Shown here one piece after another: positions 54,465 through 64,000 of a stretch of DNA of 64,000 bases. The stretch's first letter is position 1. Every line of letters begins with the position of its first letter. Location: contig JAIOPM010000013.1 of assembly GCA_021413885.1 (NCBI GenBank), forward strand, positions 1 to 64,000, in the 5' to 3' direction. The translations under genes and the position numbers were made by a program. Under the pieces are notes generated by a model that saw only the letters and a program-made list of their open reading frames with translations, did not search any database and was not told the DNA's origin. Source of the DNA: Planctomycetota bacterium (GTDB lineage: Bacteria; Planctomycetota; UBA1135; GCA-002686595).

Positions 54465-54881
54465 ATGAAGAAGCGCGAGGTCGCCGAGCTGCTGCGCACC
54501 CACGACGTGCAACCGTCGGCGCAACGGGTCGCGATCGCCGAGTACGTGCTCGACACCGACGAACACCCGTCCGCCGATCAGGTGTGGAGCCGCGTGATGG
54601 AGGCCTTCCCGATGGTCTCGCGCGCGACGGTCTACAACACCCTGAACCTGTTGGTGGAGAAGGGGCTGTTGCGTCAGCACGTGCTCGCCGAAGGGCGCAT
54701 CGTCTTCGATCCGTTGGTCGAGCCCCATCACCACTTCATCGACGAAGAAACCGGCCGCATCCACGACGTGCCGTGGGACGCGATCAAGGTTTCGCGCGTC
54801 GACGCGCTCGAGGGCTTCGACGTCGCCGAGTACCAAGTGGTGCTGCGCGGTCGTCGCAAGGGAAGCAAACGACGCGGATGA
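54465..54881 (+). CDS. perR: Fur-family peroxide-responsive repressor (PerR-like)
   Basis: Aligns with B. subtilis PerR (..SAQRVAIAEYVL..HPSADQVW..SRATVYNTLNLLVEKGLL..). Start at MKKREV (54465), not at the track ORF start 54429, which overlaps the operator. Lacks C-terminal CxxC pairs. Confidence 0.75.
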   Translation: MKKREVAELLRTHDVQPSAQRVAIAEYVLDTDEHPSADQVWSRVMEAFPMVSRATVYNTLNLLVEKGLLRQHVLAEGRIVFDPLVEPHHHFIDEETGRIHDVPWDAIKVSRVDALEGFDVAEYQVVLRGRRKGSKRRG

Positions 54882-54924
54882 GCGAGTCGAGTCGCGCTCC
54901 GTGCGCCGACGCCGTCCCGTTGAA

Positions 54925-54939
54925 TTAGACAGCATCTAA
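54925..54939. promoter_or_regulatory. Second PerR-box-like element TTAGACAGCATCTAA between a -35-like TTGAAT and a -10-like TAGATC upstream of ahpC
   Basis: 12/15 identical to the palindrome at 54445-54459. Position is typical for repressor occlusion. Confidence 0.5.
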
Positions 54940-54973
54940 AGCTAGATCAGATCCATAACCCGAGGACATGCCC

Positions 54974-55513
54974 ATGTTGACCGTTGGTGACCGTCTGCCC
55001 GCTTTCGCCCTGCAATCCGTCGTCTCGCTCGAGATCGGCAAGGAGTTCGAAGTCCTGACCGAGAAGAGCCACGCCCGCAAGTGGCTCGCGCTCTTCCTCT
55101 GGCCGATGGACTTCACGTTCGTCTGCCCGACCGAGATCGCCGAGTTCGGCCGCCGCAACGCCGACTTCCGCGAGCGTGATACCCAACTGCTCGGTTGCAG
55201 CACCGACACGCAGTTCGTCCACCTTGCGTGGCGCAAGGCGCACCCGGATCTGAAGACGTTGCCGTACCCGATGCTCGCCGACACCAAGCGCGAGCTCTCG
55301 ACCGCGCTCGGCGTGCTGCACAAGACCGAAGGCGTGCCGCTGCGCGCGACGTTCATCGTCGATCCCGAAGGCGTGATCCGCTTCGTGAGCGTCAACGACC
55401 TCTCGGTCGGTCGCAACGTCGACGAAGTGCTGCGCGTCCTCGACGCGCTGCAAACCGGCGAACTGTGCGCGTGCAACTGGAAGAAGGGCGAAGCGACCCT
55501 CCAGGTGGCTTGA
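54974..55513 (+). CDS. ahpC: Peroxiredoxin AhpC (typical 2-Cys)
   Basis: ..FTFVCPTEI.. peroxidatic Cys motif, with a C-terminal resolving Cys region. SD GAGGA lies 7 nt before ATG 54974. Confidence 0.9.
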   Translation: MLTVGDRLPAFALQSVVSLEIGKEFEVLTEKSHARKWLALFLWPMDFTFVCPTEIAEFGRRNADFRERDTQLLGCSTDTQFVHLAWRKAHPDLKTLPYPMLADTKRELSTALGVLHKTEGVPLRATFIVDPEGVIRFVSVNDLSVGRNVDEVLRVLDALQTGELCACNWKKGEATLQVA

Positions 55514-55514
55514 C

Positions 55515-56081
55515 GTGCAAGCCCTCGAAAACCTGCGCACCGGCATCGGCGAGTTCGGCAAGGATCTGCGGCTCAACCTGCAGTCCGTGCTCGAAGGCGC
55601 GAGCGTGCTCGACCTCAAGCAGCGGTGGGGCGTCGCGGTCACGGCGGCGGCGACGTTGCGTCAGCGCGAGCTGACGCTCGCCGTCGTCGCCGATGCGCGC
55701 GCGCAGGTGGGGGAGGACGTGGTCGAGGACGCGCTCGCCGCGGCGGCGTTGATGGGGATGAACAACGTCTTCTATCGCTTCCGTCACTTGGTGGGCAAGG
55801 ACGGCTACGCCGCGAAGCCCGCGCGCCTGCGGATGAATCGCATGGCGCAGCTGCGCGCGAACAAGCTCGACTTCGAGCTCTTCGCTCTCGCCGCGAGCAC
55901 GCTCGGCGGTTGCGCGGCGTGCGTGCAAGCCCACGAGCGCGCCGTGCTCGAGGGCGGGATGTCCGACGACCACGTGCTCGACGCCGTACGCATCTGTGCG
56001 GTGCTGCGCGGCGTCGCGATCGCTTACGATGCGACTCCGCGCCCGACGATCGACTCCGACCAACCCTTGGAGAAAGTTTGA
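55515..56081 (+). CDS. ahpD: Alkylhydroperoxidase AhpD
   Basis: ..LGGCAACVQAH.. CxxC motif of the carboxymuconolactone-decarboxylase/AhpD family. GTG start 1 nt after the ahpC stop. Confidence 0.85.
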   Translation: MQALENLRTGIGEFGKDLRLNLQSVLEGASVLDLKQRWGVAVTAAATLRQRELTLAVVADARAQVGEDVVEDALAAAALMGMNNVFYRFRHLVGKDGYAAKPARLRMNRMAQLRANKLDFELFALAASTLGGCAACVQAHERAVLEGGMSDDHVLDAVRICAVLRGVAIAYDATPRPTIDSDQPLEKV

Positions 56082-56083
56082 CC

Positions 56084-56587
56084 ATGAAGAAGACCTCGAA
56101 CGAAACGCGTCGCCTCTTCGCTTCGCCCAGCGTCCTTCCCGCCGACGACCGCACACGCATCGCCGGCGCGCTCGAGAGCACGCTGCTCGACGGCCTCGAC
56201 CTGCAAGCGCAGATCAAGGTCGCGCACTGGAACGTCAAGGGTCCGCAGTTCGCTGCGTTGCATCCGTTGTTCGAGACGTTCGCGGTCAGCCTCGCGGGGT
56301 TCAACGATTCGATCGCGGAGCGCGCGGTGACGCTCGGCTTCGTCGTACGCGGCACGGTGCGCGATGCGGCGAGCGCGTCGCGTCTCGAAGAGTTGCCGGC
56401 GGGCAAGATCCGCGATCTCGAGCTCGTCGGCCTGCTCGCCGAGCGCTTCGACGGCTACCTCGCCGGCGTGCGTTCGACGCGCGCGGTCGCGGACGAGTCC
56501 GACGACCAGGACACGGTCGATCTGTTGACCGGCGTGATCGAGGAGTTCGAGAAACACGCCTGGTTCCTGCGCGCGACGCTCGCTTGA
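56084..56587 (+). CDS. dps: DNA-binding ferritin-like protein Dps
   Basis: ..AHWNVKGPQFAALHPLFE.. ferroxidase-site pattern of Dps. ATG at 56084, just after the ahpD stop. Confidence 0.85.
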   Translation: MKKTSNETRRLFASPSVLPADDRTRIAGALESTLLDGLDLQAQIKVAHWNVKGPQFAALHPLFETFAVSLAGFNDSIAERAVTLGFVVRGTVRDAASASRLEELPAGKIRDLELVGLLAERFDGYLAGVRSTRAVADESDDQDTVDLLTGVIEEFEKHAWFLRATLA

Positions 56588-56609
56588 ACGAGCGCGTTCG
56601 CCCGAGACG

Positions 56610-57995
56610 TCAGATGTGGATCGCGCGACCTTGCGTCGCCAGCGCCGCTTCTTTGACGATCTCGGCGAGCGACGGGTGAGCGTGGCTCGTGCGCGCGAGG
56701 TCCTCGCCCGACGCGCCGAACTCGATCGCGACCGCCGCTTCGGCGATCAGGTCGCCGGCGTGCGCACCGAGGATGTGCACGCCGAGGATCCGATCGGTCT
56801 TCTCGTGCACGAGGATCTTCACGCGACCTTCGGTGTGGCCGATCGCCTTCGCTCGGCCGTTCGCGAGGAAGGGGAACGAGCCCTTCTTGTACGGGACGTT
56901 CGCGCGCTTCAGATCCTCTTCGGTCTTGCCGACCGACGCGACTTCGGGCGCGGTGTACACGACGCTCGGGATCGCGTCGTAGTTGACATGGCCGTGGCCG
57001 GTCTTGAGGAACTCGACGCATGCGATGCCTTCCTCTTCGGCCTTGTGCGCCAGCATCGGGCCCGCGATCACGTCGCCGATCGCCGACACGCCCGCGATCT
57101 TGGTCGCGAAATGCGCGTCGACCGGAATGCGGCCGCGTTCGTCGAGCGCGAGACCGATCGTTTCGAGCCCGAGCCCCTGCGTGTTCGGCCGACGACCGAC
57201 GGCGAGCAACACGCGCTCGGCGCGCAGCGGCTCTTGCCCCTCGATCTCGACGATGCACGCATCGCCGTCGCGCTTCGCCGACTTCACGCGCGCGCCGAGG
57301 CGAAAGACGAGGCCCTGCTTCTCGAAGATCTTCTTCGCTTCGGTCGCGAGCTCGGCGTCCATGCCCGGCAGGATGCGATCGAGGTACTCGAGCACGGTGA
57401 CCTTCGCGCCGAGGCGCGACCACACCGAACCCAACTCGAGCCCGATCGCGCCCGCGCCGATGACGACGAGACTCTTCGGCACCGCGGGCCACGCGAGCGC
57501 TTCGGTGCTGGTCCCGATGCGATCGCCGTCGAGCTCGAAGCCGGCGAGCGGCGCGCTGGTCGAGCCCGTCGCGATCACGACGTGCGTCGCCTCGATCTCG
57601 ATCACGCCCGACTTGCCTTGGACCGCGAGCTTGGTCGGCGTCACGAACTTCGCGTGGCCCTCGTAGCGCGTCACCTTGTTCTTCTTGAAGAGCCCGGCGA
57701 CGCCCTTGGTCAACGAATCGACGGTCGCGTCCTTGCGCGCGAGCATCGTCGCGAGGTCGAGCTCGACCGAACCGACTTTGACGCCGTGCGCGGCGAAGGA
57801 ATGCGTGGCCTCGCGGAAGAGCTCGCTCGATTCGAGCAACGCCTTCGACGGAATGCAGCCGATGCGCAGGCACGTGCCGCCGAGCGCGGGCTCGCGTTCG
57901 ATGCACGCGGTGTCGAAGCCGAGCTGCGCCGCGCGGATCGCCGCGACATAACCGCCGGGACCGGCGCCGATGACGACGAGATCGTGCTTCGGCAT
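56610..57995 (-). CDS. lpdA: Dihydrolipoyl dehydrogenase (E3)
   Basis: GAGPGGY FAD motif, GGTCLRIGCIPSK redox disulfide, C-terminal dimerisation HAHPSLAE. Confidence 0.9.
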   Translation of the reverse strand: MPKHDLVVIGAGPGGYVAAIRAAQLGFDTACIEREPALGGTCLRIGCIPSKALLESSELFREATHSFAAHGVKVGSVELDLATMLARKDATVDSLTKGVAGLFKKNKVTRYEGHAKFVTPTKLAVQGKSGVIEIEATHVVIATGSTSAPLAGFELDGDRIGTSTEALAWPAVPKSLVVIGAGAIGLELGSVWSRLGAKVTVLEYLDRILPGMDAELATEAKKIFEKQGLVFRLGARVKSAKRDGDACIVEIEGQEPLRAERVLLAVGRRPNTQGLGLETIGLALDERGRIPVDAHFATKIAGVSAIGDVIAGPMLAHKAEEEGIACVEFLKTGHGHVNYDAIPSVVYTAPEVASVGKTEEDLKRANVPYKKGSFPFLANGRAKAIGHTEGRVKILVHEKTDRILGVHILGAHAGDLIAEAAVAIEFGASGEDLARTSHAHPSLAEIVKEAALATQGRAIHI

Positions 57996-57996
57996 C

Positions 57997-59199
57997 TCAG
58001 ATCTCGAGCAACATGCGCGCGGGCTCTTCCATGCAGTCCTTGATGCGCTTCAAGAACGTCACCGCCTCGCGGCCGTCGACGATGCGGTGATCGTAGGAGA
58101 GCGCGACGTACATCATCGGGCGGATCACGACTTGGCCGTTGCGCGCGACCGGTCGCTCTTGGATCGCGTGGAGTCCGAGGATGCCCGACTGCGGCGGATT
58201 GAGAATCGGCGTCGAGAGCAACGAGCCGTAGATCCCGCCGTTCGAGATCGTGAACGTGCCGCCGACCAATTCGTCGAGCGCGATCTTGTTCTCCTTCGCG
58301 CGCACGCCGAGTTCCGCGATCGCAATCTCGAGTTCGGCGAAGCTCAGCCGCTCCGCGTTGCGCACGATCGGCACGACCAGTCCCTTGCCGCCGCCGACCG
58401 CGATGCCGATGTCGTGGTAGTTGCGGTAGACGATCGTGTCGCCGCGCACTTCGGCGTTGACCTGCGGGATCTCCTTCAACGCTTCGATCGAGGCTTTGAC
58501 GAAGAAGCTCATGAAGCCGAGCTTCACCTTGTACTTTTCGACGAAGCGTTCTTGGTGGAGCTTGCGCAGCTCCATCACCGCGCCCATGTCGATCTCGTTG
58601 AACGTGGTGAGGATCGCAGCGGTCGCTTGCGCTTCGACCAGGCGTTGCGCGATGCGTTTGCGCATCGGCGTCATCGGCACGACTTCTTCGTCGCGAGCGC
58701 CCGCGGGCTTCTTCGCGGCCGGGATCGCGCTCGCGGGAGTTGCGGTGTGGGCCGCGCCGCGCGCGCGTTCGACGTCTTCCTTGAGCATGCGTCCGCCCGG
58801 ACCGGTCGGCGTCACCGCGCTCGCGGCGAGGCCGCTCTCGGCGAGCGCGCGTCGCGCCGCCGGCATCACGCGGACTTCGCTCTCGACCGTGGCTTCCGTC
58901 TTCTTCGCCTCGGCCTTCGCGGGTTCCGCCTTGGGCGCGGGAGCGCTCGTCTTCGCCGCGACGCCGACCTCCATGTAGCCGATCACTTCGCCGACCTTGG
59001 CCTGCTCGCCCTTCTTCTTCAGCACCTTGACGACTTGTCCGTCGACCGGCGCCGGCAGCTCGACCGTGACTTTGTCGGTCTCGATCACGACGACGGCTTC
59101 GTCGGCCTTCACCGGAGCGCCGATGTCTTTCAGCCAGTCACCGATCTGCACTTCGGTGATCGATTCGCCCACGGCGGGCACGCGCAATTCGACGGTCAT
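57997..59199 (-). CDS. sucB: 2-oxoglutarate dehydrogenase E2 (dihydrolipoyllysine-residue succinyltransferase)
   Basis: Lipoyl domain ..[15 protein letters not shown].., a PSBD region, and catalytic DHRIVDG. Start at the ATG at complement of 59197-59199 (MTVELRVP); upstream track residues are shadow. Confidence 0.85.
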   Translation of the reverse strand: MTVELRVPAVGESITEVQIGDWLKDIGAPVKADEAVVVIETDKVTVELPAPVDGQVVKVLKKKGEQAKVGEVIGYMEVGVAAKTSAPAPKAEPAKAEAKKTEATVESEVRVMPAARRALAESGLAASAVTPTGPGGRMLKEDVERARGAAHTATPASAIPAAKKPAGARDEEVVPMTPMRKRIAQRLVEAQATAAILTTFNEIDMGAVMELRKLHQERFVEKYKVKLGFMSFFVKASIEALKEIPQVNAEVRGDTIVYRNYHDIGIAVGGGKGLVVPIVRNAERLSFAELEIAIAELGVRAKENKIALDELVGGTFTISNGGIYGSLLSTPILNPPQSGILGLHAIQERPVARNGQVVIRPMMYVALSYDHRIVDGREAVTFLKRIKDCMEEPARMLLEI

Positions 59200-59216
59200 T
59201 TCGGAAGTCCTCGTTC

Positions 59217-62018
59217 TCAGGCGAGCTCGAAAGCGAGCTTCAGGATCTCGGCTTGTTCGATCTTGTGGCTTGCGCCCGAACCGGTCGCGGTCGATGCGGA
59301 AGCGCGACGCGAGATGCCGCTGAACGCGCGGCCGGCGAGACGTTCGCCGAAGCGCACGCGCCAGAAGCTCCACGCGCCCATGTTCTCAGGCTCTTCTTGG
59401 ACCCACACGACGTTCGCGTTCTTCGGATACGGTGCGAGCGCCGCCGCGAACGCCGCGTCGGCGAGCGGGTAGTACTGCTCGACGCGCAGGATCGCGACGT
59501 CCTTGCGGCCGTCCGCCTCGCGTTTTTCGTCGAGTTCGTAGAAGAGCTTGCCGCTGACGAGCAGCACGCGCCGCACGTCCTTCGCCGCGACGCGCGCGTC
59601 CGGCAGGATGCGTTGGAAACGTCCGGTCGCGAGCTCCTCGAGCGTCGACGTCGCGCGCGGATGGCGCAACAGACTCTTCGGCGTCATCACGACCAACGGC
59701 TTGCGCCACGGACGCAACGCTTGGCGCCGCAGCAGGTGGTAGTACTGCGCCGGCGTCGTGCAGTTCGCGACTTGGATGTTGTCGTCGGCGCACTGGGAGA
59801 GGAAGCGTTCGAGGCGCGCGCTCGAGTGCTCCGGCCCTTGGCCTTCGAAACCGTGAGGCAGGAGCATCACCAGCCCCGACAGCCGATTCCACTTGTCCTC
59901 GGCGCTGACGATGAACTGATCGATGATCGGTTGCGCGACGTTGACGAAGTCGCCGAACTGCGCTTCCCACAAGACGAGCGCTTCGGGGAAGTCGAGCGAG
60001 TAGCCGTACTCGAAACCGAGCACTCCGGTCTCCGACAGCGGCGAGTTGTGGATCTCGATCGGCGCTCGCGCGCGCGCGAGGTGCGCGAGCGGCACGTGCT
60101 GCGCTCCGGTCGCGTAGTCGTGCAGCACCGCGTGGCGATGACTGAACGTGCCGCGTTCCGAATCCTGGCCGGTCAAACGCACGCGCCGGCCGTCGACGAC
60201 CAGCGTCGCGAACGCGAGCGCCTCGGCCGCGGACCAATCGAGCTCGCGCTCGCCGCGCGCCATCTCCATCCGCGTCTCGAGCAAGCGCGTCAGCTTGGGA
60301 TGCACCTGGAACCCCGGCGGCACGCTCGAGAGCGACGTCAGGAGTTCGACGAGACGCTCGCGCGGGACGGCGCTCGCGAACTCGGGTTCGTCGGGCTCGG
60401 GGCCGCGGACGAAATCGTCCCAGATCGCGCCGACCGGTTCCTTGACGTAGACGTATTCGCTGGAGCGCGCGAGCGAGAGCTCTTCCTCGAGCGCCGCGCG
60501 CCGCCGATCCGCGATCTCGTCCGCTTCCGCGCGCGTCACTTCACCGAGCGTCAACAGATGCTCGAGGTAGCCCTCACGCGAATTCTTGCGCCGCGCGATC
60601 GCCGCGTAGAGCACCGGATCGGTGAACGACGGCTCGTCGCCTTCGTTGTGACCGCGCCGACGATAACCCCACACGTCGATCACCACGTCGCGACGGAACT
60701 CGCGACGGAAGTCGAGCGCGAGGCGCACGACTTGCGCGACCGCTTCCGGATCCTCGCCGTTCACGTGGAAGATCGGGATCTGGAGCATCTTCGCGATGTC
60801 GGTGCAGTACTGCGTCGAACGCGATTGCTCGGAGCCGGTCGTGAAGCCGATCTGGTTGTTGACGACGACGTGGACGGTGCCGCCGGTCGTGTAGCCCGCG
60901 AGCTCGGAAAGATTCAGCGACTCCTGCACGACGCCTTCGCCGATGAACGCGGCGTCGCCGTGGATCAGGATCACGACGCCCTTCGCGCGCTCGCGATCGC
61001 CGAAGCGATCCTGCTTCGCGCGCATGCGACCTTGCGCGACCGGGTTGACGAACTCGAGGTGGCTCGGGTTGAAGCAGAGCGAGAGGTGGATCTTCGCGCC
61101 CGCGCTGGTCGTCCAATCGGACGAGTAGCCCTTGTGGTACTTGACGTCGCCGCGGCCGCCGAGGTGGAGCTCGGGATCGGCGTCCTCGAACTCGCGAAAA
61201 ATCTGGCGCGCGTTCTTGCCCAGGATGTTGGCGAGGACGTTGAGCCGTCCTCGGTGCGCCATCGCGAGCACGATCTCCTGCGCGCCTTGGGCCCCGAGGT
61301 GTTCGATCGCGAGATCGAGCAGCGGGACGAGACTCTCCGAACCTTCGAGCGAGAAGCTCTTCGCGCCGAGGTACTTGCGCTGGATGAACTCCTCGAAGAT
61401 CACCGCGTCGGTGAGCTTGGTCAGGATGCGCAACTGCTCGACGCGCGAGAGCGCGAGGCGGTTCTGCGCGCTCTCCATCCGATCCTGCAGCCAGCGCTGG
61501 ACCGCGAGGTCCGTGATGTGCATGAACTGGACGCCGATCGAGCGACAGTACGTCTGCTTGAGCAGCGCGAGCACCTGCCCCAACGTCGCGTCGTTCAGTC
61601 CGGCGATCCGCTGCGCCGACACGCGGCGTCCGAGGTCGCGCTCGCTGAAACCGTAGAAGCTCGGCTCGAGCTCGGGCTGCGGCGCGCGCGGCAGATCGAG
61701 CGGATCGATCTTCGCGACCGCGTGACCGCGCACTCGGTAGGCGCGCACCATCTGGTCGGCGCGGTCCTGGAGCTCGGCGGCTTCGCGCGCGACGCCGTGC
61801 GCCGTCGGCAGCGCGGTCGAACCCGGCGGGTTGAACAGGCTCCAGCGCGGGAAGCTCGGGCCGACCCGAGTACGGCCGTTGCCGTTGCCGTTGCCGTTCG
61901 CGAGCGCCTCGAAGTAGCGCCGCCACTCGGGCCCGACCGAGTCCGGGTCGGCGACGAAGTCGGAGTACAGCCCTTCGACGAAGGCGAGGCTCTCGGGATT
62001 CGACCAGCTCGTGTCCAT
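59217..62018 (-). CDS. sucA: 2-oxoglutarate dehydrogenase E1 component
   Basis: 934 aa from [18 protein letters not shown] (typical SucA N-terminus). TPP-binding and transketolase-like domains. Contains an in-frame (AACGGC)4 repeat encoding NGNGNGNG. Confidence 0.9.
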   Translation of the reverse strand: MDTSWSNPESLAFVEGLYSDFVADPDSVGPEWRRYFEALANGNGNGNGRTRVGPSFPRWSLFNPPGSTALPTAHGVAREAAELQDRADQMVRAYRVRGHAVAKIDPLDLPRAPQPELEPSFYGFSERDLGRRVSAQRIAGLNDATLGQVLALLKQTYCRSIGVQFMHITDLAVQRWLQDRMESAQNRLALSRVEQLRILTKLTDAVIFEEFIQRKYLGAKSFSLEGSESLVPLLDLAIEHLGAQGAQEIVLAMAHRGRLNVLANILGKNARQIFREFEDADPELHLGGRGDVKYHKGYSSDWTTSAGAKIHLSLCFNPSHLEFVNPVAQGRMRAKQDRFGDRERAKGVVILIHGDAAFIGEGVVQESLNLSELAGYTTGGTVHVVVNNQIGFTTGSEQSRSTQYCTDIAKMLQIPIFHVNGEDPEAVAQVVRLALDFRREFRRDVVIDVWGYRRRGHNEGDEPSFTDPVLYAAIARRKNSREGYLEHLLTLGEVTRAEADEIADRRRAALEEELSLARSSEYVYVKEPVGAIWDDFVRGPEPDEPEFASAVPRERLVELLTSLSSVPPGFQVHPKLTRLLETRMEMARGERELDWSAAEALAFATLVVDGRRVRLTGQDSERGTFSHRHAVLHDYATGAQHVPLAHLARARAPIEIHNSPLSETGVLGFEYGYSLDFPEALVLWEAQFGDFVNVAQPIIDQFIVSAEDKWNRLSGLVMLLPHGFEGQGPEHSSARLERFLSQCADDNIQVANCTTPAQYYHLLRRQALRPWRKPLVVMTPKSLLRHPRATSTLEELATGRFQRILPDARVAAKDVRRVLLVSGKLFYELDEKREADGRKDVAILRVEQYYPLADAAFAAALAPYPKNANVVWVQEEPENMGAWSFWRVRFGERLAGRAFSGISRRASASTATGSGASHKIEQAEILKLAFELA
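61875..61898. repeat. Hexanucleotide tandem repeat (GCCGTT)4 inside sucA, encoding (Asn-Gly)4
   Basis: Read directly in the sequence. Confidence 0.8.
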
Positions 62019-62214
62019 GCGGATGGGGGTTCGGGGCGGAGCAAGATACCGCAGCCAGGCCTCGAAACGGAGGGTGCTACCGGCATCTCGTGCTCGCGGC
62101 TCCGAGACCGGAGCAACCCACCGAAATATCGGTGAGTTGCGGGGCAGCTCGATTGCCGCGCTCTCGACTCCGCGCGCCTTGTTGGGTCTTCGCGAGCCCA
62201 CCTAGCATGCCGCG

Positions 62215-63012
62215 GTGAAGCAACACGCCTTCGGTCGGCGCGAGCCGCCGACGCCCGACACCAGCTTTCGATTGCGCCTGCAGGCGGAGCTCGCCGAACG
62301 CTGCGCTCGCAACCCGAACTACTCGCTCCGCGCGCTCGCCCGCGACCTCGACACCGACGGTTCCAGTCTGTCGCAGCTGCTGCGCGGCAAACGCAAGCTC
62401 TCCGGCCCGGCGATCGAACGGCTGGGCGCGCGCCTCGGCCTCGGCTCGGACGCGATCGCGCGTTACGTCGCCGGCGAACTGCGCTGGGCCGAGGAAGAGG
62501 CGGTCGCCGACGACGAGCTGCCGAACCTCGCGAGCGACGCTGCGAGCGTGTTGTCGGAGTGGGAGCACGCCGCGTTGCTCGAGCTCGTCCACCTCGACGG
62601 TTTCGTGCCCGACTCGCGTTGGATCGCGCGCATGCTCGACGTGTCGGTCGACACCGTCAACCTCGCGCTGCATCGACTGCTGCGGCTGCGCATGCTCGAA
62701 ATGGCGAGCGACGGACGCTGGATCGATCGCTGCGGCGACTTGCGCGCGACGTCGAGCGAACTGTCGCCCGCGATGATCGCCGCGCTCGCCTCGCGGCTCG
62801 AAGCCGTGATCGCGCGTTCGGGCTCGCAAGGCGTGCGCACCGTCTCGATCACGTTGTCGATTCCGTCGTCGCGCGCCGGTGAGCTCGAGGCACGCATCGC
62901 GCGGCTCTCGCGCGAACTCGCCGAACTCGAAGCCGGCGCCGAACCCCGCGACGCGCTGTACCGCGTCGAAGTCCAGCTCTACCCGATGCTCCGCGCCGAG
63001 CGCGCGCCTTGA
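62215..63012 (+). CDS. Hypothetical HTH-containing protein, TIGR02147/DUF4423-like
   Basis: 265 aa. N-terminal ..YSLRALARDLDTDGSSLSQLLRGKRKLS.. HTH pattern. Family assignment tentative. Confidence 0.5.
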   Translation: MKQHAFGRREPPTPDTSFRLRLQAELAERCARNPNYSLRALARDLDTDGSSLSQLLRGKRKLSGPAIERLGARLGLGSDAIARYVAGELRWAEEEAVADDELPNLASDAASVLSEWEHAALLELVHLDGFVPDSRWIARMLDVSVDTVNLALHRLLRLRMLEMASDGRWIDRCGDLRATSSELSPAMIAALASRLEAVIARSGSQGVRTVSITLSIPSSRAGELEARIARLSRELAELEAGAEPRDALYRVEVQLYPMLRAERAP

Positions 63013-63015
63013 ACC

Positions 63016-63369
63016 ATGTCGAACCCGGTCACGCAGTTCCAGATCCTCTCGAAGGACCCCGAGGCCACCGCGCGTTTCTACGGACAGCTCTTCGGCTGGA
63101 CGATCGACGCGAACAACGCGCTCGGTTACCGCCGCATCGACACCGGCGCGAAGGACGGACTCCAAGGCGGCATCTGGCCCGCGCCGCCGGAAGCGCCGAA
63201 CTTCGTCCAACTCTTCATCCAAGTCGACGATTGCGCCGCGCACGTCGCGAAGGCCGGCGCGCTCGGAGCGAAGGTGATCGTTCCGCCGTCGCGGCTGCCT
63301 GACGGGGACGAGCTCGCGATCCTGCTCGACCCGAACGGGCTGTCGTTCGGCGTCTTCAAGCCGCACTGA
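63016..63369 (+). CDS. VOC (glyoxalase/bleomycin-resistance fold) family protein
   Basis: 117 aa. ..FQILSKDPEATARFYGQLFGW.. and ..LLDPNGLSFGVF.. follow the VOC pattern. Confidence 0.7.
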   Translation: MSNPVTQFQILSKDPEATARFYGQLFGWTIDANNALGYRRIDTGAKDGLQGGIWPAPPEAPNFVQLFIQVDDCAAHVAKAGALGAKVIVPPSRLPDGDELAILLDPNGLSFGVFKPH

Positions 63370-64000
63370 GCGGTTCGCGGCGCGCGCACCACGCCTCGAG
63401 CACGAGCGCGCCGGCGAACGCGACGAGGCCGAAGAACACGACGTTCCAGTCGAGCGCGTGCGTCGCAAACCCACGCCCGCCGAGCGCCGGAGTCGTCAAC
63501 GCGACCAACGCCGCGCCGACGAGCGCGAGCCCGAGTCGCACCGCTCGCGCCGCGCGACCGAGACCGGCCGGCGGCGCGAGCGTCAACAACGCGACGGGCA
63601 CGAGCATCCAACTCATGTGGGCCTTGTGCACCAACGGCGCGAGCATCAGGGCGACGGACATCGTCAACGCGAATTCGCGCACGCGAGCGAGCGGCGCATC
63701 GCGTCGCACTGAGCGCACGAGCACCGCGAGCCAACCGACGAACACCACGCTCGACGCGACGCGCACCGCGACCAAGACGCGCGCCGTCGTCTCATCGGTC
63801 GTTTCGCCGCGCGCGTAGTGGAAGAGTCGGTACGCGGTCGCGAGCAAACTCTGACCGGGCGGAGGTCCGTGTTGCGCGAGGACGTCGCTCGCGGAGCCCG
63901 CGTACGGCGCGCCTTGCGCGTGCCACCAATGCGCGAGCGCAGCGCATTCTCCGGAGAAACCGAGAAACGGCGCGGGCGCGACGAAGACGGCGAACGCGAG
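63356..64000 (-). CDS. Integral membrane protein, N-terminus beyond the window end (possibly a GT-C glycosyltransferase-like protein)
   Basis: Open reverse frame from 64000 down to the stop at 63356. Multiple hydrophobic helices. Partial. Confidence 0.4.
   Translation of the reverse strand, partial: LAFAVFVAPAPFLGFSGECAALAHWWHAQGAPYAGSASDVLAQHGPPPGQSLLATAYRLFHYARGETTDETTARVLVAVRVASSVVFVGWLAVLVRSVRRDAPLARVREFALTMSVALMLAPLVHKAHMSWMLVPVALLTLAPPAGLGRAARAVRLGLALVGAALVALTTPALGGRGFATHALDWNVVFFGLVAFAGALVLEAWCARREPLSAA

Noticed and set aside
1-64000. CRISPR arrays, insertion sequences, integrases, tRNA/rRNA genes, toxin-antitoxin pairs
   Set aside because: No direct-repeat/spacer periodicity, transposase or integrase-like reading frames, or cloverleaf-compatible sequences were found. 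The window looks like core chromosome rather than a mobile or defence island.

Overview
This 64-kb window is very GC-rich (about 70%) and densely coding, with no rRNA, tRNA, CRISPR array or mobile element detectable by eye. Gene content suggests a chromosomal region of a Gram-negative, high-GC bacterium, possibly a myxobacterium (low-confidence guess). Evidence for that guess: lipoprotein signal peptides, many secreted FG-GAP/BNR/TPR proteins, several ECF sigma factors and a Ser/Thr kinase.

About 54 genes can be supported. Housekeeping genes include fabI, queA, thiE, queG, pdxA, hisS, cobQ, ogt, pcm and sucA-sucB-lpd. An oxidative-stress cluster is present: perR-ahpC-ahpD-dps. Two tandem Hsp20 genes sit next to a CbpA-like J-protein. 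Secreted or peptidase genes include S41, S9 and M18 peptidases, FG-GAP, CRTAC1-like, BNR and ASST-like proteins.

Most six-frame ORFs in the supplied track are Arg/Ala-rich shadow frames caused by the GC content and were discarded. The track also uses GTG/TTG starts printed as M, so several starts were re-placed at internal ATG or GTG codons. Several gene pairs overlap by 4 nt (ATGA or GTGA), which suggests translational coupling.

The most unusual element is a three-gene operon (2907-6905). It encodes an ECF sigma factor, then a single ORF fusing an active Hanks-type Ser/Thr kinase to an NfeD-like membrane/OB-fold module, then a FloT-type flotillin. This suggests a flotillin-coupled sigma/anti-sigma signalling unit.

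Other points of interest:
- An operon at 7246-11647 encodes a divergent sigma-70 region-4-like protein, a hypothetical protein, and a GAFTGA-less enhancer-binding-protein-like regulator.
- An orphan FliK-like / FlhB-C-terminal-like gene pair lies at 22886-24669.
- A textbook sigma-54 promoter with a palindromic upstream element sits before the tandem hsp20 genes.
- A PerR-box palindrome is duplicated before perR and ahpC.
- Two paralogous membrane-anchored 'sulfatase-like' proteins have the Cys-x-Pro-x-Arg signature replaced by Thr-Leu-Pro-Ser-His.
- An orphan B12-binding radical SAM enzyme is followed by a strong terminator.
- A nitroreductase is fused to a methyltransferase.
- A 9-bp tandem repeat encodes the acidic tail of an ECF sigma factor.
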